Positions 49,194 to 60,324 of a stretch of DNA of 64,000 nt are shown piece after piece; position 1 is the first letter of the stretch, and each line of letters opens with the position of its first letter. A program made the translations under genes and the position numbers. Under the pieces are notes generated by a model, which searched no databases, was not told the DNA's origin, and was given only the letters and a program-made list of their open reading frames with translations. The stretch is from Candidatus Aminicenantales bacterium. Its GTDB lineage: Bacteria; Acidobacteriota; Aminicenantia; Aminicenantales; UBA4085. The stretch lies in contig JBEKTZ010000006.1 in assembly GCA_049515535.1 (NCBI GenBank), positions 1 to 64,000 on the forward strand, in the 5' to 3' direction.

Positions 49194-49305
49194 GCTAACA
49201 GCTAATCGGACTGGATTGAGAGTTCCCTTGACCCAGGCCCGATGCCACGGACTTTCCTTTGATGATTGTATGTGAGAATTGCTTTTTCATTTCCTCTCGC
49301 GCTTC

Positions 49306-49360
49306 AACGATCAACATCAAGTCGGAGAGCGGAAGGGGGAAGGAGGGGAAAGAGCAGGGA
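49306..49360 (+). repeat. Family A half copy
   Basis: AACGATCAACATCAAGTCGGAGAG followed by a G/A tract. Confidence 0.7.
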
Positions 49361-49395
49361 CTTAGCCGGGAACCTGAAGGGAAGGCGGCAGGAAT

Positions 49396-49467
49396 GAGAT
49401 CTCCGAGACGTGGGTGCGAGCAAGCCTCCTGGCGATGAATCTGAAGACGGCGCTGAAAAGAGCATGA
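49396..49467 (+). pseudogene. Possible IS5-like transposase C-terminal fragment
   Basis: EISETWVRASLLAMNLKTALKRA*. Confidence 0.35.
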
Positions 49468-49540
49468 GAAAGTCGCTCGATCGCGGGCAAATAAGGTAAA
49501 ATGAAGATGCGAATGAGAAGGAGCGATCAGGAGACCATAA

Positions 49541-51019
49541 TTAAATTCTCACGGTTTTTCGGAAATGGAATCCATAAATGGCAAATGATATGGCTAAACC
49601 CAGAAAGCGGGGACGTCTTATCAGTGTCCAGGAAATGATTTTCCAGTAATGAAATCTTCCTTTTCCTTTTATCCCCAAAAACCAGATAGATTTGAAGAAG
49701 GCTTTGAAGTAACAAAATTTAAAATGGATTTTTTTCCTTAACTGTTTTGGTTTATATTCTTTAAAGAATGTTATCACCCGTTTATAATAGTCTCTAGGGG
49801 AATAAATCGTATTGAGGATTTTCTTATACCCAGTCATGAGTGCTTCAGCATTCATTTTTGGGATGAAGTTGAGGGAAAAGTCGGTGTTATCACCAGATGG
49901 ATCATCCAATAATCTTTTTTCTTTTTTTAGACGGTGAAAAAGCCTTGTCCCCGGAGGTGCATTTAACAACCCAACCATAGCCGTAACAATTCCGCTCTTT
50001 TGGATAAAACTTATCTGACTTTCAAAGATAGAAAGAGGATCATTATCAAAACCTACGATAAATCCCCCCTGAACTTCTAGGCCGATGTCTTGAATTTTTT
50101 TTACACAAGCTATCAAGTTACGATTCTTATTCAGGTATTTATTGCATTCTGTGAGGCTCTCTTCATTCGGCGTTTCAATCCCGATAAAAACTCTTGTAAA
50201 CCCAGCCTCGACCATTAATTGCATCAGCTTCTCGTCATCAGAAAGATTGATAGATGCTTCCGTGAAAAGAGAAAAAGGATATTTTTTCTGTTTCATCCAA
50301 TTGATGAGCCCGGGAAGAATTTCTGTTTTCAGTCTTTTCGTATTACCTATAAAATTATCATCGACAAAGAACACCCCGCCTCTCCAGCCTTGTTCGTATA
50401 AAGCTTCCAGTTCCCCCAAAATCTGGCCTTTACTCTTTGTCCGGGGTTTATGACCGTTGAGAACGATGATGTCACAGAATTCACAATTAAAGGGACAGCC
50501 CCTGGAATATTGAATGCACATGGAAGCATATTTTTTCATGTTAATGAGGTCCCACTGTGGACAGGGAGTCTCTCCTAAATCAGGCCACTCTTTAGAAGTA
50601 TACATGTGCTGGGCGCATCCATTTTTTACATCATTCAGAAAAGATGGAAGCGTACTCTCAGCCTCATTAAGAACGAAATGATCTATGTCCTCAAATGCTA
50701 CATATCCGGTGGTAAAAAGAGGGCCACCGGCAACAACTTTAATTCCTAATTTATTGCATCTTTTTATTACTTCAATGGCTGAGGTTTTCTGAACGACCAT
50801 AGCGCTGATAAATACATAGTCCGCCCATTCGAGGTCTTCCTCGGTTAAAGCAGAGACGTTCAGGTCAATAAGTTTTTTCTCCCATTCTTTGGGGAGCATG
50901 GAAGCCACTGTTAATAAGCCCAAAGGCGGGAAAGATGCTTTTTTTGAGATGAATTTCAAAGCATGCTTAAAACTCCAGAATGTGTCTGGATACTTTGGAT
51001 AAATCAAAAGTATTTTCAT
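49541..51019 (-). CDS. B12-binding radical SAM protein (DUF4070)
   Basis: PPLGLLTVA, SRGCPFNCEFCD (CxxxCxxC), FVDDNF, GIETP; visibly AT-rich. Confidence 0.93.
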   Translation of the reverse strand: MKILLIYPKYPDTFWSFKHALKFISKKASFPPLGLLTVASMLPKEWEKKLIDLNVSALTEEDLEWADYVFISAMVVQKTSAIEVIKRCNKLGIKVVAGGPLFTTGYVAFEDIDHFVLNEAESTLPSFLNDVKNGCAQHMYTSKEWPDLGETPCPQWDLINMKKYASMCIQYSRGCPFNCEFCDIIVLNGHKPRTKSKGQILGELEALYEQGWRGGVFFVDDNFIGNTKRLKTEILPGLINWMKQKKYPFSLFTEASINLSDDEKLMQLMVEAGFTRVFIGIETPNEESLTECNKYLNKNRNLIACVKKIQDIGLEVQGGFIVGFDNDPLSIFESQISFIQKSGIVTAMVGLLNAPPGTRLFHRLKKEKRLLDDPSGDNTDFSLNFIPKMNAEALMTGYKKILNTIYSPRDYYKRVITFFKEYKPKQLRKKIHFKFCYFKAFFKSIWFLGIKGKGRFHYWKIISWTLIRRPRFLGLAISFAIYGFHFRKTVRI

Positions 51020-51246
51020 TGTCCTAAGTCATACTTTTAAGGAAATGAAGTTGCCCCCATTGTTTGGACAGTCGAGAAACCTTCGGAAGGTACACTGAAG
51101 ACCTGCTTGTCGTTATTATTTTATTCCATTGTGAGCCCCAAATGCCATTTTTTCGTCACAGCCCCGTACAAACTGCTTCACCATTTGGCTTACAAACGAC
51201 GATCTCGAGCCGATCCATATTAAACCATTGCCATCCTCTCGCTCTT

Positions 51247-51316
51247 GATGATCACCCGGGCACGTCGGAGAGGGGGAGGGGAAAGGCGGGGAAGGAGGGA
51301 GGGCAGAAGGAGGGCG
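51247..51316 (+). repeat. Family A half copy
   Basis: GATGATCACCCGGGCACGTCGGAGAGGGGG...GAGGGCG. Confidence 0.7.
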
Positions 51317-51424
51317 AATTAGGAGCGGTGGGATCGCTTCTTCAGTTAGTCGAAGGGCCGATAGCCAACAGTTAGGAGATTGGGATATAAAATTAGGAGC
51401 GTGAAAAGTCCGCCGAGTGGGATG

Positions 51425-52135
51425 TCAGCTTCTGTGTTTATTTAGCTTGCCCCTATGGATTTTTGGCGATGCGAGCATTTCCGTGATCCGGTCCTGAAGA
51501 GCTGTCCTTATTCTTTCCTTTTCTGAGGAGAATGGACATTCGGGATTAAAGGAGACCGACGGGGCGATATGGATGGCCTTGGTATCTTGATCGACGGCGA
51601 CAGGGATGAATTTCAAGATCCCGCCGGTTTTCTTGTAATACGTTAGAGCCAACCCGATGAAACCATCGTCGAATTCGTTCAAAACATCGTTTAAGGGCAG
51701 ATGGCCGATCTCTGGGAAAATGATCAGGCATTTATTTCGAGCCAATAACGCGAGGCTTCGTTTCCAGGTCGAAGCGAGTCTCATGCTCCTTTCATAAACG
51801 GGAATGGCGTGCAAAGATTTAATGACGGCGACACAAACCTTCGAAATCACCCAAGCCGCGAGGCTGCTCAAGGGCGGCCTTAGCCGAAGCTCGGGTTCTA
51901 CGAAATCCATTCGCAAATAGCCGGGACATAGCTTCCTGTCCGTGATCTGATAGGCTACCCAGGGATATAGCCGGACGGGAAAAGCGGAGAGCACGGCGAC
52001 CGGCGCATAAGAACCCAGGTGATTCGATACAAATACCGCAGGGCCATGGAGTGGGATGTTTTCCTTTTCCACCAGGCGACAATGCCAAAAACAGTAAAAA
52101 AACGACCTCATTCGTTCGTAGAAATAATTGTTCAT
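51425..52135 (-). CDS. PlsC-like acyltransferase family protein
   Basis: AVFVSNH, IPVY, LIIFPE. Confidence 0.75.
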   Translation of the reverse strand: MNNYFYERMRSFFYCFWHCRLVEKENIPLHGPAVFVSNHLGSYAPVAVLSAFPVRLYPWVAYQITDRKLCPGYLRMDFVEPELRLRPPLSSLAAWVISKVCVAVIKSLHAIPVYERSMRLASTWKRSLALLARNKCLIIFPEIGHLPLNDVLNEFDDGFIGLALTYYKKTGGILKFIPVAVDQDTKAIHIAPSVSFNPECPFSSEKERIRTALQDRITEMLASPKIHRGKLNKHRS

Positions 52136-52223
52136 CGCTTTAACCGGAGCTTCATATCATAAAACGAGTTCTTCGTTGACCGAGCAATCGTCCATGTTTA
52201 TACTATCGCGCGTTCTGTTGGCA

Positions 52224-52360
52224 ATCAATATCAAGGGCAAGTCGTCGCGAGAAAAAACGGCGCTGGCGGCTGAATATTGATTTTTAGAAATGGTTTCAAA
52301 ACATCCTAAGCAAGTCGGAGAGGGGAAGAACGAGGAAAGGTCAAAGCGGAAGGGAGGGCG
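52224..52360 (+). repeat. Family A repeat
   Basis: GGGCAAGTCGTCG...GGCGCTGGCGGCTGAATATTGATTTTTAGAAATGGTTTCAAAACATCCTAAGCAAGTCGGAGAGGGG. Confidence 0.9.
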
Positions 52361-52471
52361 GAATTTTCGATACTTGAAACTATTTAGATCAGGGGGAGAA
52401 ATTAGCCGGCTGTGATATAAAAGCGAGAAACTTGTCGTCTTGCGTCGCGATGCCGTCTTAGAGATCTTGAA

Positions 52472-52786
52472 TCAAAAGAATGCCGCCCGCTTCAACGCTT
52501 CCTGAGAGATCCTGTTGCCCGGGCCATCGCCCCTGGAGACACAGACAGCGACCTTATTTTCAGTGGCCGCGACGATCTCAGCGATGTCCTTGTGGCTGAA
52601 TCCTGGACAGAGCAGGATGGACTCGATCTTTTTTTCTCTGAACAAGCGCGTGCTGACCTCTAAGGCTTCAGCCTGATTTTTGACGATGACCACGTCTAGC
52701 TGATATTTACCAGTGTCGATGAAGCAGCGATGTTTCTCTTTGTCCGCGTCTGGAGCATGGGCGAGAAAGAGTGCTTTAAAAGCCAT
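52472..52786 (-). CDS. DUF6506-like small protein
   Basis: ILLCPGF, VCVSRGDGP. Confidence 0.7.
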   Translation of the reverse strand: MAFKALFLAHAPDADKEKHRCFIDTGKYQLDVVIVKNQAEALEVSTRLFREKKIESILLCPGFSHKDIAEIVAATENKVAVCVSRGDGPGNRISQEALKRAAFF

Positions 52787-52862
52787 GATTTTATCCTCCC
52801 ATGTTGATATTGTCTGAAATGAACTATTTTTTCAATACGAATATAAAATTGGATATAAAATC

Positions 52863-52930
52863 GGAGACACAATACTCATTTCCGGGAGTGCTGGGGTGGG
52901 CAGAATTAGGAAATTAGGTATTGTGTCTCC
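52863..52930 (+). repeat. Family B hairpin repeat (complete)
   Basis: Perfect 13-bp terminal IR with internal TTCCGGGAGTGCTGGGG. Confidence 0.92.
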
Positions 52931-52998
52931 CAATTAAATTTTGTTCTCATGAATACCACTTTGCGTGATTTTGATTTCTTGACAGGAACCATGGCAGG

Positions 52999-54848
52999 GT
53001 GATATGTTCTGGCTTCATCAAGAGGAGAGAAGGGTTGGCTCTCTTGGTAACAGAGCAAGCGTTTCAAAATAAAAAATTTCCCTGCTCTCTGGTCCTGGTA
53101 TTCTTCATCATTTGCGCTGCCATGGTGACGGCTTGCGGCGCCCCGGAACCGGAGAAGCTCTTTTCCCGCACCGGGCATCGCTGGTATGAGGACCCGGGGA
53201 ACATGAGCTTGATCTCGCCGGATGGCCGTTGGGTCCTGTTCAGCTGGTACGACGGCAAGCCGGAACTATTCTCCCTGGCCACCGGGAAGGAGGACCCGGC
53301 GCGCCTCCAAGGTAACCTGCAGAGGATCTGGAATGCGAAATTCTGGGGCGCTCAAGGGGAGCTGATCAGACTGGGTTCGATGAAGGATGAATCCGGCTGG
53401 TTCGTCCCTGCCAAGGGCAAGGGACTCGAACGGGTTTCCGTGCCGCCCCGCGCCTTCCCCGTGGGCTCCGACGATCCTGCCGTAGCAGCCTTTTTCTTTC
53501 CGGAGAATCCTGATGGAGGCCTTTCTGTCGGAGACTTGAAGAATCCCAGGAAGATCGTAATCCCCGGCGCCATCACGGGCACCGCCTTTGCTTCGGGCGC
53601 GAAGACCCTTTTCGTCATAGCGCGCCAGCCCGATGGCGGCTCGACGCTGTTCAAGGTGGATGCCCGTTCGGGCACGATGGAGATCCTGCGGCGGGATCTC
53701 GACGCCGATCCGTACTGGCACCCCATTTCCCTTTCCTCCGACGGCAAGCGACTCTACCTTGCCCTCGTCGGGCCGAAAGCCCCGAACGTAGCCGAGCGCC
53801 AGCAGCCAGACGCACCCCGTTGGATGGACATTTACGCCTTCGAATTGGCCACAGGCCGCCTCTCCTTGCTCGTCCACACCCCTCATGACAAGCGTGCTCC
53901 CATCGAAGCCGGCGGCTACTTGTATTGGGCCCAAGTCGCGGGCGGAGACGGTATCGTGGCCTTGCCTGCTAATGGCGGCCCTGCCCACGAAGTCGCCGCG
54001 GCTGGGGAAGTGCCGGAGTGGGGACCGGGCGGCCGGCGGATCGGCTTTGCCTTCGGAGCCTGGCGCCAAGCCGACTGGGGCCTCAATCTTGACGCGGGCG
54101 CCGTGATGGTGGACGGGGAAGCCCGCCCGACATCCGGGCGGGAAGCGGTGATCTCCGGAAATCACGAGGACTTCCCGCCCGTGTGGTCCCCCGATGGGAG
54201 ATGGATCGCCTTCCATTCCCACCGCGCGCCCCACCCCGTGGCCTACTACGATGCTGACGGCTCCGCGGACGACATCTGGATCCGCTGCGCCGACGATCCC
54301 AGTGCCCCTGAGATCCGCCTCACCGACTTCGGTTGGGAAGTGGGTTCCCCCAACTGGGCGCCCGACGGCTCCTTTACAGCTCCTGGGACAAGGGAAAGCC
54401 CAATATCGATCACCTCTGGGTCACCACGGTCGATCCCGGCACCGGCCGAGCCGTGAGCCACAAGAAACTCGACGTACCCGCGGTGATCGTGAATCCACAA
54501 TGGGCCGTCTGGTCGCCGGACGGTCAGGAAATTGCCATGACCGATCACACTGCTCCCGGCGAGTGCACCCTTCGGGTTCTCCATGGAACCACCCTCGAGA
54601 GCCTTGTCGCCTACAAGACCGACACCATGGGCGGTTTGGACTACATGCCCGACGGGATGACCATCGTCTACAGCGCACTCGATGATGGGCGAATGCAGAT
54701 CTTCTCTATTCCGCGCTCCGGCGGCACTCCGAGGAAGCTGAGCGACGAGACGGCGAACTTGCTTCACCCGCGAGTCTCCCCGGACGGCCGCTGGATCGCC
54801 TGTACGCGGATGGAGATCCGCCACGAAATCTGGCGAAAAAAGCTCTAG
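52999..54848 (+). pseudogene. TolB/PD40-repeat protein split by a frameshift at about 54369
   Basis: WSPDG-type repeats in two overlapping frames (52999..54456 and 54333..54848); the junction reads NWAPDG|LLYS. Confidence 0.7.
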
Positions 54849-54886
54849 GCGAGGACTCGCCCGAAGCCCCCGCCCTGTGATCCTCA

Positions 54887-56944
54887 ATGCGAGAAACGAG
54901 CGCTTTCATTAGATTTCCGATGATGCGCGCGTCGCTCAAAATGGGCTCTATTCGTTTAGCGATCATTCTCATTTTCTCTTTCTTCCTGGCAAAGATACCC
55001 CTTTTTCCGGAATCAAGAGAAATCACCTGCAAAATACTGGCTGACGAGGAACTCCGCCAGGATCCGGGCTGGAAAGCGAAGATTGAGAACTGTGTGAATC
55101 TAGCGGCTTCTGAATTTGAGACGCTCTTTGGAATTCATTTCTCCATAAGGACATGGGATGATTGGAACTCTCCGGATGTCATGAATTCGCTGGAGGGGCT
55201 GGCCGAAGTCCTTAATTCTCGATTGAACAAGGAGGATGTTGATGTCTTGATAGCTATCACAGCCCAAAACAACTTAGCCGATAGTCCCTCGGGCTACTCT
55301 CTTTTAAAAGAGGGAATCATCCTCTTGAGATACACGGAAAATACGCATGCCTTGGCCAGGACCCTAAAACACGAACTCGGTCATCTTTTTGGCGCCGTCC
55401 ATGTGGCTGACTCCGATTCAATAATGGATCGTTTCGTTCGGGGAGACAAATTTGATTCCCTTAATCAGAAGGCGATTCACTTAAGCAGGGAAAGGCTTTT
55501 CAATACGATCGACTTTCCTCTGCCCAAGAAGAACTGGCCCAAACTGATTGAGCTCTACGAAGAAAACTGTCGGGCCATCAAAATATCTCAGATGCGGGAA
55601 AAAATGAGGAAAGAGATCGAGCCTGGAATCGAGGAAGTGGCCGGTGAAAATGGACGTCGAGATCCCCAGGACCTCGATGATGCCTATGTCTTGCTAGCCC
55701 AGATCTACCTCGAATATAAACAATATGATAAGACGATGGAACGATGCCAAGCCGCGCTAAGAATCAACGCCGAAAATCTCGAGACCCAAAACCTCATAGG
55801 AATTGCCCTCCGAAGAAAAGGCCTTATTGAACAAGCCATAGAGAAATACCAGGAAATCTTAAAACTCCGGCCCCGCAATCCGGAAATCCTTTATAATCTA
55901 GGGATCGCGTACGCCAAAAAAGGCGACCTTGGAGATGCTCTTTCGGCCGATGGGAAAGCCATTGAACTGAAGCCAAACTTCGCCGAAGCCCACAACAATC
56001 TGGGTGAGGTCTTTCTCAGATTGGGCAAATTGGAAGAGGCCGAGAACGAGTTTTTGAAGGCCATTTCTTTATGTTTTCAATTTCCCCTCGCCCATTCCAA
56101 CCTCGCCGAAGTCTATGTCCGTAAAAAAGATTACCAGAGATCTTTCGCCGAAATCGAAAAGGCTATCGCTATGAACCCCGACTTGCCCGATCCCCATAAC
56201 ATCACCGGTAATATCTATCACCAGCAGGGAAAGACCGAAGAAGCCGTCAAAGAATACCTCCAGGCTTTAGTCCTAGAGCCAGATTATGATAAGGCCTATT
56301 TTAATCTGGGGGTTATTTGTCTTGAGCGGGATCGAATCGACGAAGCCCAAAAGGATTTTCTGACGGCCATTGAAATCAATAAGAACTTGGCGGAGGCTCA
56401 CGCCAGCCTCGGATACTGCTTTCTCCAAAAAAAGCGAGTCGATGAGGCTATTTCAGAAATTATTATTGCCCAAAAACTCGGGTTCCATCCGGCCAAGACA
56501 TATCTTAACCTCAGCTTCGCCTACCTTCAAAAGGGCATGGCCGATCAGGCTATGGCGGAGGCCGAGAGAGCGATCGCGCTCGATTCGAGATTGGCTATGG
56601 CTTACAACAATCTAGGGATAGCCTTGACGAAAAAGGGAATGATCGAAGAAGCGATCGGACAGTTTAAAAAGGCGATCGAAGTCGATCCGAAATGTAAAGA
56701 AGCTTTCTTCAATCTGGGCAACCTCTATTTTCAGGCCGGAAAAATCGAGGAATCCCTGGAATTCTATGAAAAAACCGCCGGGCTTGATCCGAAGGATGGG
56801 GCTCTTTGTAACAATATTGCCGTAATCTATTTCCGGCTGGGCGAATACAGCCGGTCATGGGAATACGTGAAGAAAGCGGAATCCGTCGGCTTTAAAGTCC
56901 ATCCCGATTTTTTGGCTGAGCTGAAGAAGAGACTTAAATTCTGA
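54887..56944 (+). CDS. Secreted zinc metalloprotease (HExGHxxGxxH)-TPR protein
   Basis: HELGHLFGAVH...SIM Met-turn followed by many TPRs. Confidence 0.88.
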   Translation: MRETSAFIRFPMMRASLKMGSIRLAIILIFSFFLAKIPLFPESREITCKILADEELRQDPGWKAKIENCVNLAASEFETLFGIHFSIRTWDDWNSPDVMNSLEGLAEVLNSRLNKEDVDVLIAITAQNNLADSPSGYSLLKEGIILLRYTENTHALARTLKHELGHLFGAVHVADSDSIMDRFVRGDKFDSLNQKAIHLSRERLFNTIDFPLPKKNWPKLIELYEENCRAIKISQMREKMRKEIEPGIEEVAGENGRRDPQDLDDAYVLLAQIYLEYKQYDKTMERCQAALRINAENLETQNLIGIALRRKGLIEQAIEKYQEILKLRPRNPEILYNLGIAYAKKGDLGDALSADGKAIELKPNFAEAHNNLGEVFLRLGKLEEAENEFLKAISLCFQFPLAHSNLAEVYVRKKDYQRSFAEIEKAIAMNPDLPDPHNITGNIYHQQGKTEEAVKEYLQALVLEPDYDKAYFNLGVICLERDRIDEAQKDFLTAIEINKNLAEAHASLGYCFLQKKRVDEAISEIIIAQKLGFHPAKTYLNLSFAYLQKGMADQAMAEAERAIALDSRLAMAYNNLGIALTKKGMIEEAIGQFKKAIEVDPKCKEAFFNLGNLYFQAGKIEESLEFYEKTAGLDPKDGALCNNIAVIYFRLGEYSRSWEYVKKAESVGFKVHPDFLAELKKRLKF

Positions 56945-57073
56945 AGAATCCTGCAAATAAGGCAGCTAAGCCTAAAAAAGGCCCTCGCCGGACAAGGATG
57001 ACGATGAAGATGACGGCGAGCTAGGTGCTCGAGAATTTAAGTTCGCGATATTGCCTCTCTTTTATCCTGGGCC

Positions 57074-57835
57074 TTATTTGTTCTCCGGCTTTTTTTCATA
57101 GGTGAAGGCTTTCAAGAGCTCCATGGGGAGAGGAAAGACGATCGTCGAATTTTTTTCCGCGGCAATTTCCGTCAAGGTGCCTAGGAATCGGAGCTGAAGA
57201 GCCTGCGGATTTGTGGAAATGATGTTTGCGGCCTGGAGGAGTTTATCGGCGGCCTGAAATTCGCCGTCAGCATGGATGACTTTGGCTCTTCGCTCGCGCT
57301 CGGCCTCGGCTTGCTTGGCGATGGCCCGGATCATGTTCTCCGGGAGGTCCACCTGTTTCATCTCCACGAGCTGGACTTTGATGCCCCAGGGGTCGGTGTG
57401 CTGCTCGATGATTGCCTGGAGGCGGGCGTTCAGTTTATCCCGCTCTGAAAGGAGGTCGTCGAGCGGAACCTGGCCGAGGACGCTTCGCAGGGTCGTCTGG
57501 GCCAGCTGGGAGGTGGCGTTGAGATAATCCTGCACGTCAAGCACGGACTTGAGCGGATCTATAACCCTGAAGTAGAGAACGGCGTTGACCTTCACCGTGA
57601 CATTGTCCTTCGTGATGACATCCTGGGGAGGGATGGCCATCGTGATGAGCCGTAGGCTGATTTTCACGATGCGGTCGATTGGGGCGAAGACCAAGATGAT
57701 GCCGGGCCCTTTGGGCTGGGGCAGGACGCGGCCGAGACGGAAAATGACCCCGCGCTCGTATTCTCTCAGGATCTTGATCGAACTCAGGATATAAAGGATG
57801 ATAAGCCCGACGACGATGACTGGGTAAGTTTCCAT
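57074..57835 (-). CDS. SPFH/slipin family protein
   Basis: [39 protein letters not shown]. Confidence 0.93.
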   Translation of the reverse strand: METYPVIVVGLIILYILSSIKILREYERGVIFRLGRVLPQPKGPGIILVFAPIDRIVKISLRLITMAIPPQDVITKDNVTVKVNAVLYFRVIDPLKSVLDVQDYLNATSQLAQTTLRSVLGQVPLDDLLSERDKLNARLQAIIEQHTDPWGIKVQLVEMKQVDLPENMIRAIAKQAEAERERRAKVIHADGEFQAADKLLQAANIISTNPQALQLRFLGTLTEIAAEKNSTIVFPLPMELLKAFTYEKKPENK

Positions 57836-57881
57836 TTTTTTCTCCTTGCGGAGACCATAGGGCCTCCCATAATAGTATAGG

Positions 57882-59159
57882 TCAAGCTTTTTTGACCTTG
57901 ATTTTCAGGGTTTCCAGGACCTCGACGATCCGCACCTTTTCGCCGGCACTGACGGGCCCGACCGCCTCCGCCTCCCAGAGTTCGCCGTGGACGAAGACCT
58001 TCCCCTCGGGGGCGAGGTCGGTCCGGGCCGTCCCGATTTCCCCGACCATTCCTTCCTTTCCGGTGAGCGACCGGCGGGCTTGGGCCCGGATGACGAGATA
58101 GATGAGGAAGATAAGGATCAGGGAGATGCCTAGCGCTACGGGGATAATGATTCGGAGACTCGGCCGAAGCTCAGGAATCGGGGCCTTGATGAGCATCATC
58201 GAGCCGATGACCATGGCGATAATGCCTCCGAGGGAAAGGGCGCCGAAGGTGTGCACCTTGACCTCCAGAATAAACAGGATAATAGCTAAAATAATGAGAA
58301 TCAAACCGACGTAATTGATAGGCAGGATTTGAAACGAAAAAATGGCCAGGAGAAGCGAGATGCCGCCGAGGACCCCGGGGAGAATGGCGCCGGGGTGGGC
58401 GAATTCAAAATACAACCCGAGCAGGCCGATCATGAGCAGGATGTAGGCAAGGTTGGGATTGGAAATCGTCAGAAGAAATTTCTGCCGGGCAGACATGTCC
58501 ACGTTGATCACCGGTTCTTGTTTGAGACGGAGGACGATGGTGTCGCCATTGAAACGTCGGATGGTCTTTTGATCGAAGGCGTCGATGATTTCCTGCTCAT
58601 TCTTCGCGATGAAATCGATAAGATCTCCCTTGAGAGCCTCTTTTTCCGTGTAGGACAGGCTTTTCCTGACGGCGTCCTCGGCCATCATGACGTTGCGGCC
58701 GCGTTTTTCCGCCAGCGTCCTGATGTAAGATGCCGCGTCGTGCGTGACTTTATCCTCCGTGGTTTGGTCCATGGACTGCCCTGTGATCGAAACGCCGACG
58801 GGATGCGCGGCGCCGGTGTTGGTTCCGGGCGCCATAATAAAAAGGTCGGAGGCGATGCCTATGAAAAATCCGGCGGATGCGGAGCGGCCTCCGCTCGGGC
58901 TGACGAAAGCGGCGATGGGCGTTTTGGCCGAAAGGATCTTTTCGATGATCTCCCGCATCGACGAATCCAGGCCGCCGGGCGTGTTGAGCGTCATGATGAG
59001 AAGGCTGGCGTTCTCTTTATCGGCGCGGTCGATCGCATCGCGGATGTACTCGGATGTTACCGGGTGGATGGGCGCATCGACCGTGATTTTCAGGACAGCG
59101 GCGGGAGAAAAAACAGGGAAAAGAACCAGAAAAATAAAAGCGAAAATCTTGTCCCTCAC
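57882..59159 (-). CDS. nfeD: NfeD-family membrane-bound serine protease
   Basis: [29 protein letters not shown]; adjacent to a slipin gene; GTG start inferred. Confidence 0.9.
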   Translation of the reverse strand: MRDKIFAFIFLVLFPVFSPAAVLKITVDAPIHPVTSEYIRDAIDRADKENASLLIMTLNTPGGLDSSMREIIEKILSAKTPIAAFVSPSGGRSASAGFFIGIASDLFIMAPGTNTGAAHPVGVSITGQSMDQTTEDKVTHDAASYIRTLAEKRGRNVMMAEDAVRKSLSYTEKEALKGDLIDFIAKNEQEIIDAFDQKTIRRFNGDTIVLRLKQEPVINVDMSARQKFLLTISNPNLAYILLMIGLLGLYFEFAHPGAILPGVLGGISLLLAIFSFQILPINYVGLILIILAIILFILEVKVHTFGALSLGGIIAMVIGSMMLIKAPIPELRPSLRIIIPVALGISLILIFLIYLVIRAQARRSLTGKEGMVGEIGTARTDLAPEGKVFVHGELWEAEAVGPVSAGEKVRIVEVLETLKIKVKKA

Positions 59160-59168
59160 GTTGATTTC

Positions 59169-59197
59169 ATTATAAAAGGGATCCTTCATCAAGTCAA
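59169..59197 (-). promoter_or_regulatory. Sigma70 promoter for nfeD-slipin
   Basis: TTGACT-17 bp-TATAAT, 9 nt before the GTG. Confidence 0.7.
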
Positions 59198-59321
59198 TCT
59201 CGAAATTGATGGAAGATTTGAAATCCCCGCGTCCTGACAAAGAAAAAAAAATTCACTTTTTCGTCATCCCGCATGGAAATCTCGTCGGAGATAATCCATC
59301 CTCCATATTTATGGAAGTTGT

Positions 59322-59708
59322 TCATTTGCCCTCGGACAGCTTTTTCAAGTGTTCTTGGATGTCGGATAAAGTCGCCTGAATCTGTTTCATTCTCAAGGTT
59401 CTTGATCTCGTGGAAAGGACAAAGGTCATAGAAACGGCGATGATGAGCAAGGCTTGAACGCCGATCATCGGGATGACGATCCACAGCTCTTTACGGAATC
59501 CCCCGACGGCGCCAATGATCCCGGTAGCGACGAATGAGGCTGCCAATAAAAACCAGCTCACCACCGCGGCGCGTTTCAGCCGCCTGAGGCGGGCTGTATC
59601 TTTGGCGATGATTGCCTGAATCGAATTTTGATCGCCGTTCGGCGGAGCACCGTGATTTTTGTCCATTTGTTTGAGAAGTTCCTCTTTCAAATTATTTTGC
59701 TTTTCCAT
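59322..59708 (-). CDS. Two-TM protein, probable anti-sigma partner
   Basis: Overlaps the ECF sigma stop codon; two hydrophobic segments. Confidence 0.7.
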   Translation of the reverse strand: MEKQNNLKEELLKQMDKNHGAPPNGDQNSIQAIIAKDTARLRRLKRAAVVSWFLLAASFVATGIIGAVGGFRKELWIVIPMIGVQALLIIAVSMTFVLSTRSRTLRMKQIQATLSDIQEHLKKLSEGK

Positions 59709-60243
59709 GGCTTTCCTCCATTTTTCTTTTCAGAGCAAGTTTCGCGTAATAAATTCTTGATTTGACGGTGTTCAAGTTGCATTCCACCACGTTCGCGATC
59801 TGCTGGTAGGACATTTGTTCCAGAAAGCGCAGAACCAGGACCTCTTTATGCTCCGGGTGCAGTTTTTTCAGACACTCGTGGATTTGAGCCGCATCCGCGG
59901 GCGAAAAAGCGCTTTCCTGTGTCTCGTCCGGAACGGCGGTATTATCATCGAGCTCGAGGAACGGTTTTTTTCTCCTGAAGTGCTGATAAACCGTGTTGCG
60001 AGCAATCCGGTAGAGCCAGGCGGGGAACGTCTCGAGGTTCCTGAGGGTGCTTATTTTCCCGATCACGCTGACCCAGGTATCCTGAAAGAGATCATCGACT
60101 ATTTCGGCATTGTCCGACAGATGGCCGATAAAATAGCGCAAGGGTCGATGATACAAGCCGATAAGCTCCGCCAAAGCATCCTTGTCTCCAATCTGGCAGC
60201 GCAGGATCAGGACGCGTTCTAGGAGTTGTTTGGCGGGTTTCAT
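59692..60243 (-). CDS. ECF sigma-70 factor
   Basis: DDLFQDTW, WLYRIARN, SYQQIA...NTVKSRIYYAK. Confidence 0.92.
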   Translation of the reverse strand: MKPAKQLLERVLILRCQIGDKDALAELIGLYHRPLRYFIGHLSDNAEIVDDLFQDTWVSVIGKISTLRNLETFPAWLYRIARNTVYQHFRRKKPFLELDDNTAVPDETQESAFSPADAAQIHECLKKLHPEHKEVLVLRFLEQMSYQQIANVVECNLNTVKSRIYYAKLALKRKMEESHGKAK

Positions 60244-60324
60244 TAGTGTTCCTCAATATTTAAAGATGCATAATGGGATAAAAAGTTCAAGTCGAAGGAC
60301 AGGATTTTTATCGCTATGTTCTAT

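Noticed and set aside
56175..56195. Minus-strand GGGCAAGTCG match
   Set aside because: It lies within coding sequence (PDLPD) and no other family A elements are around it.
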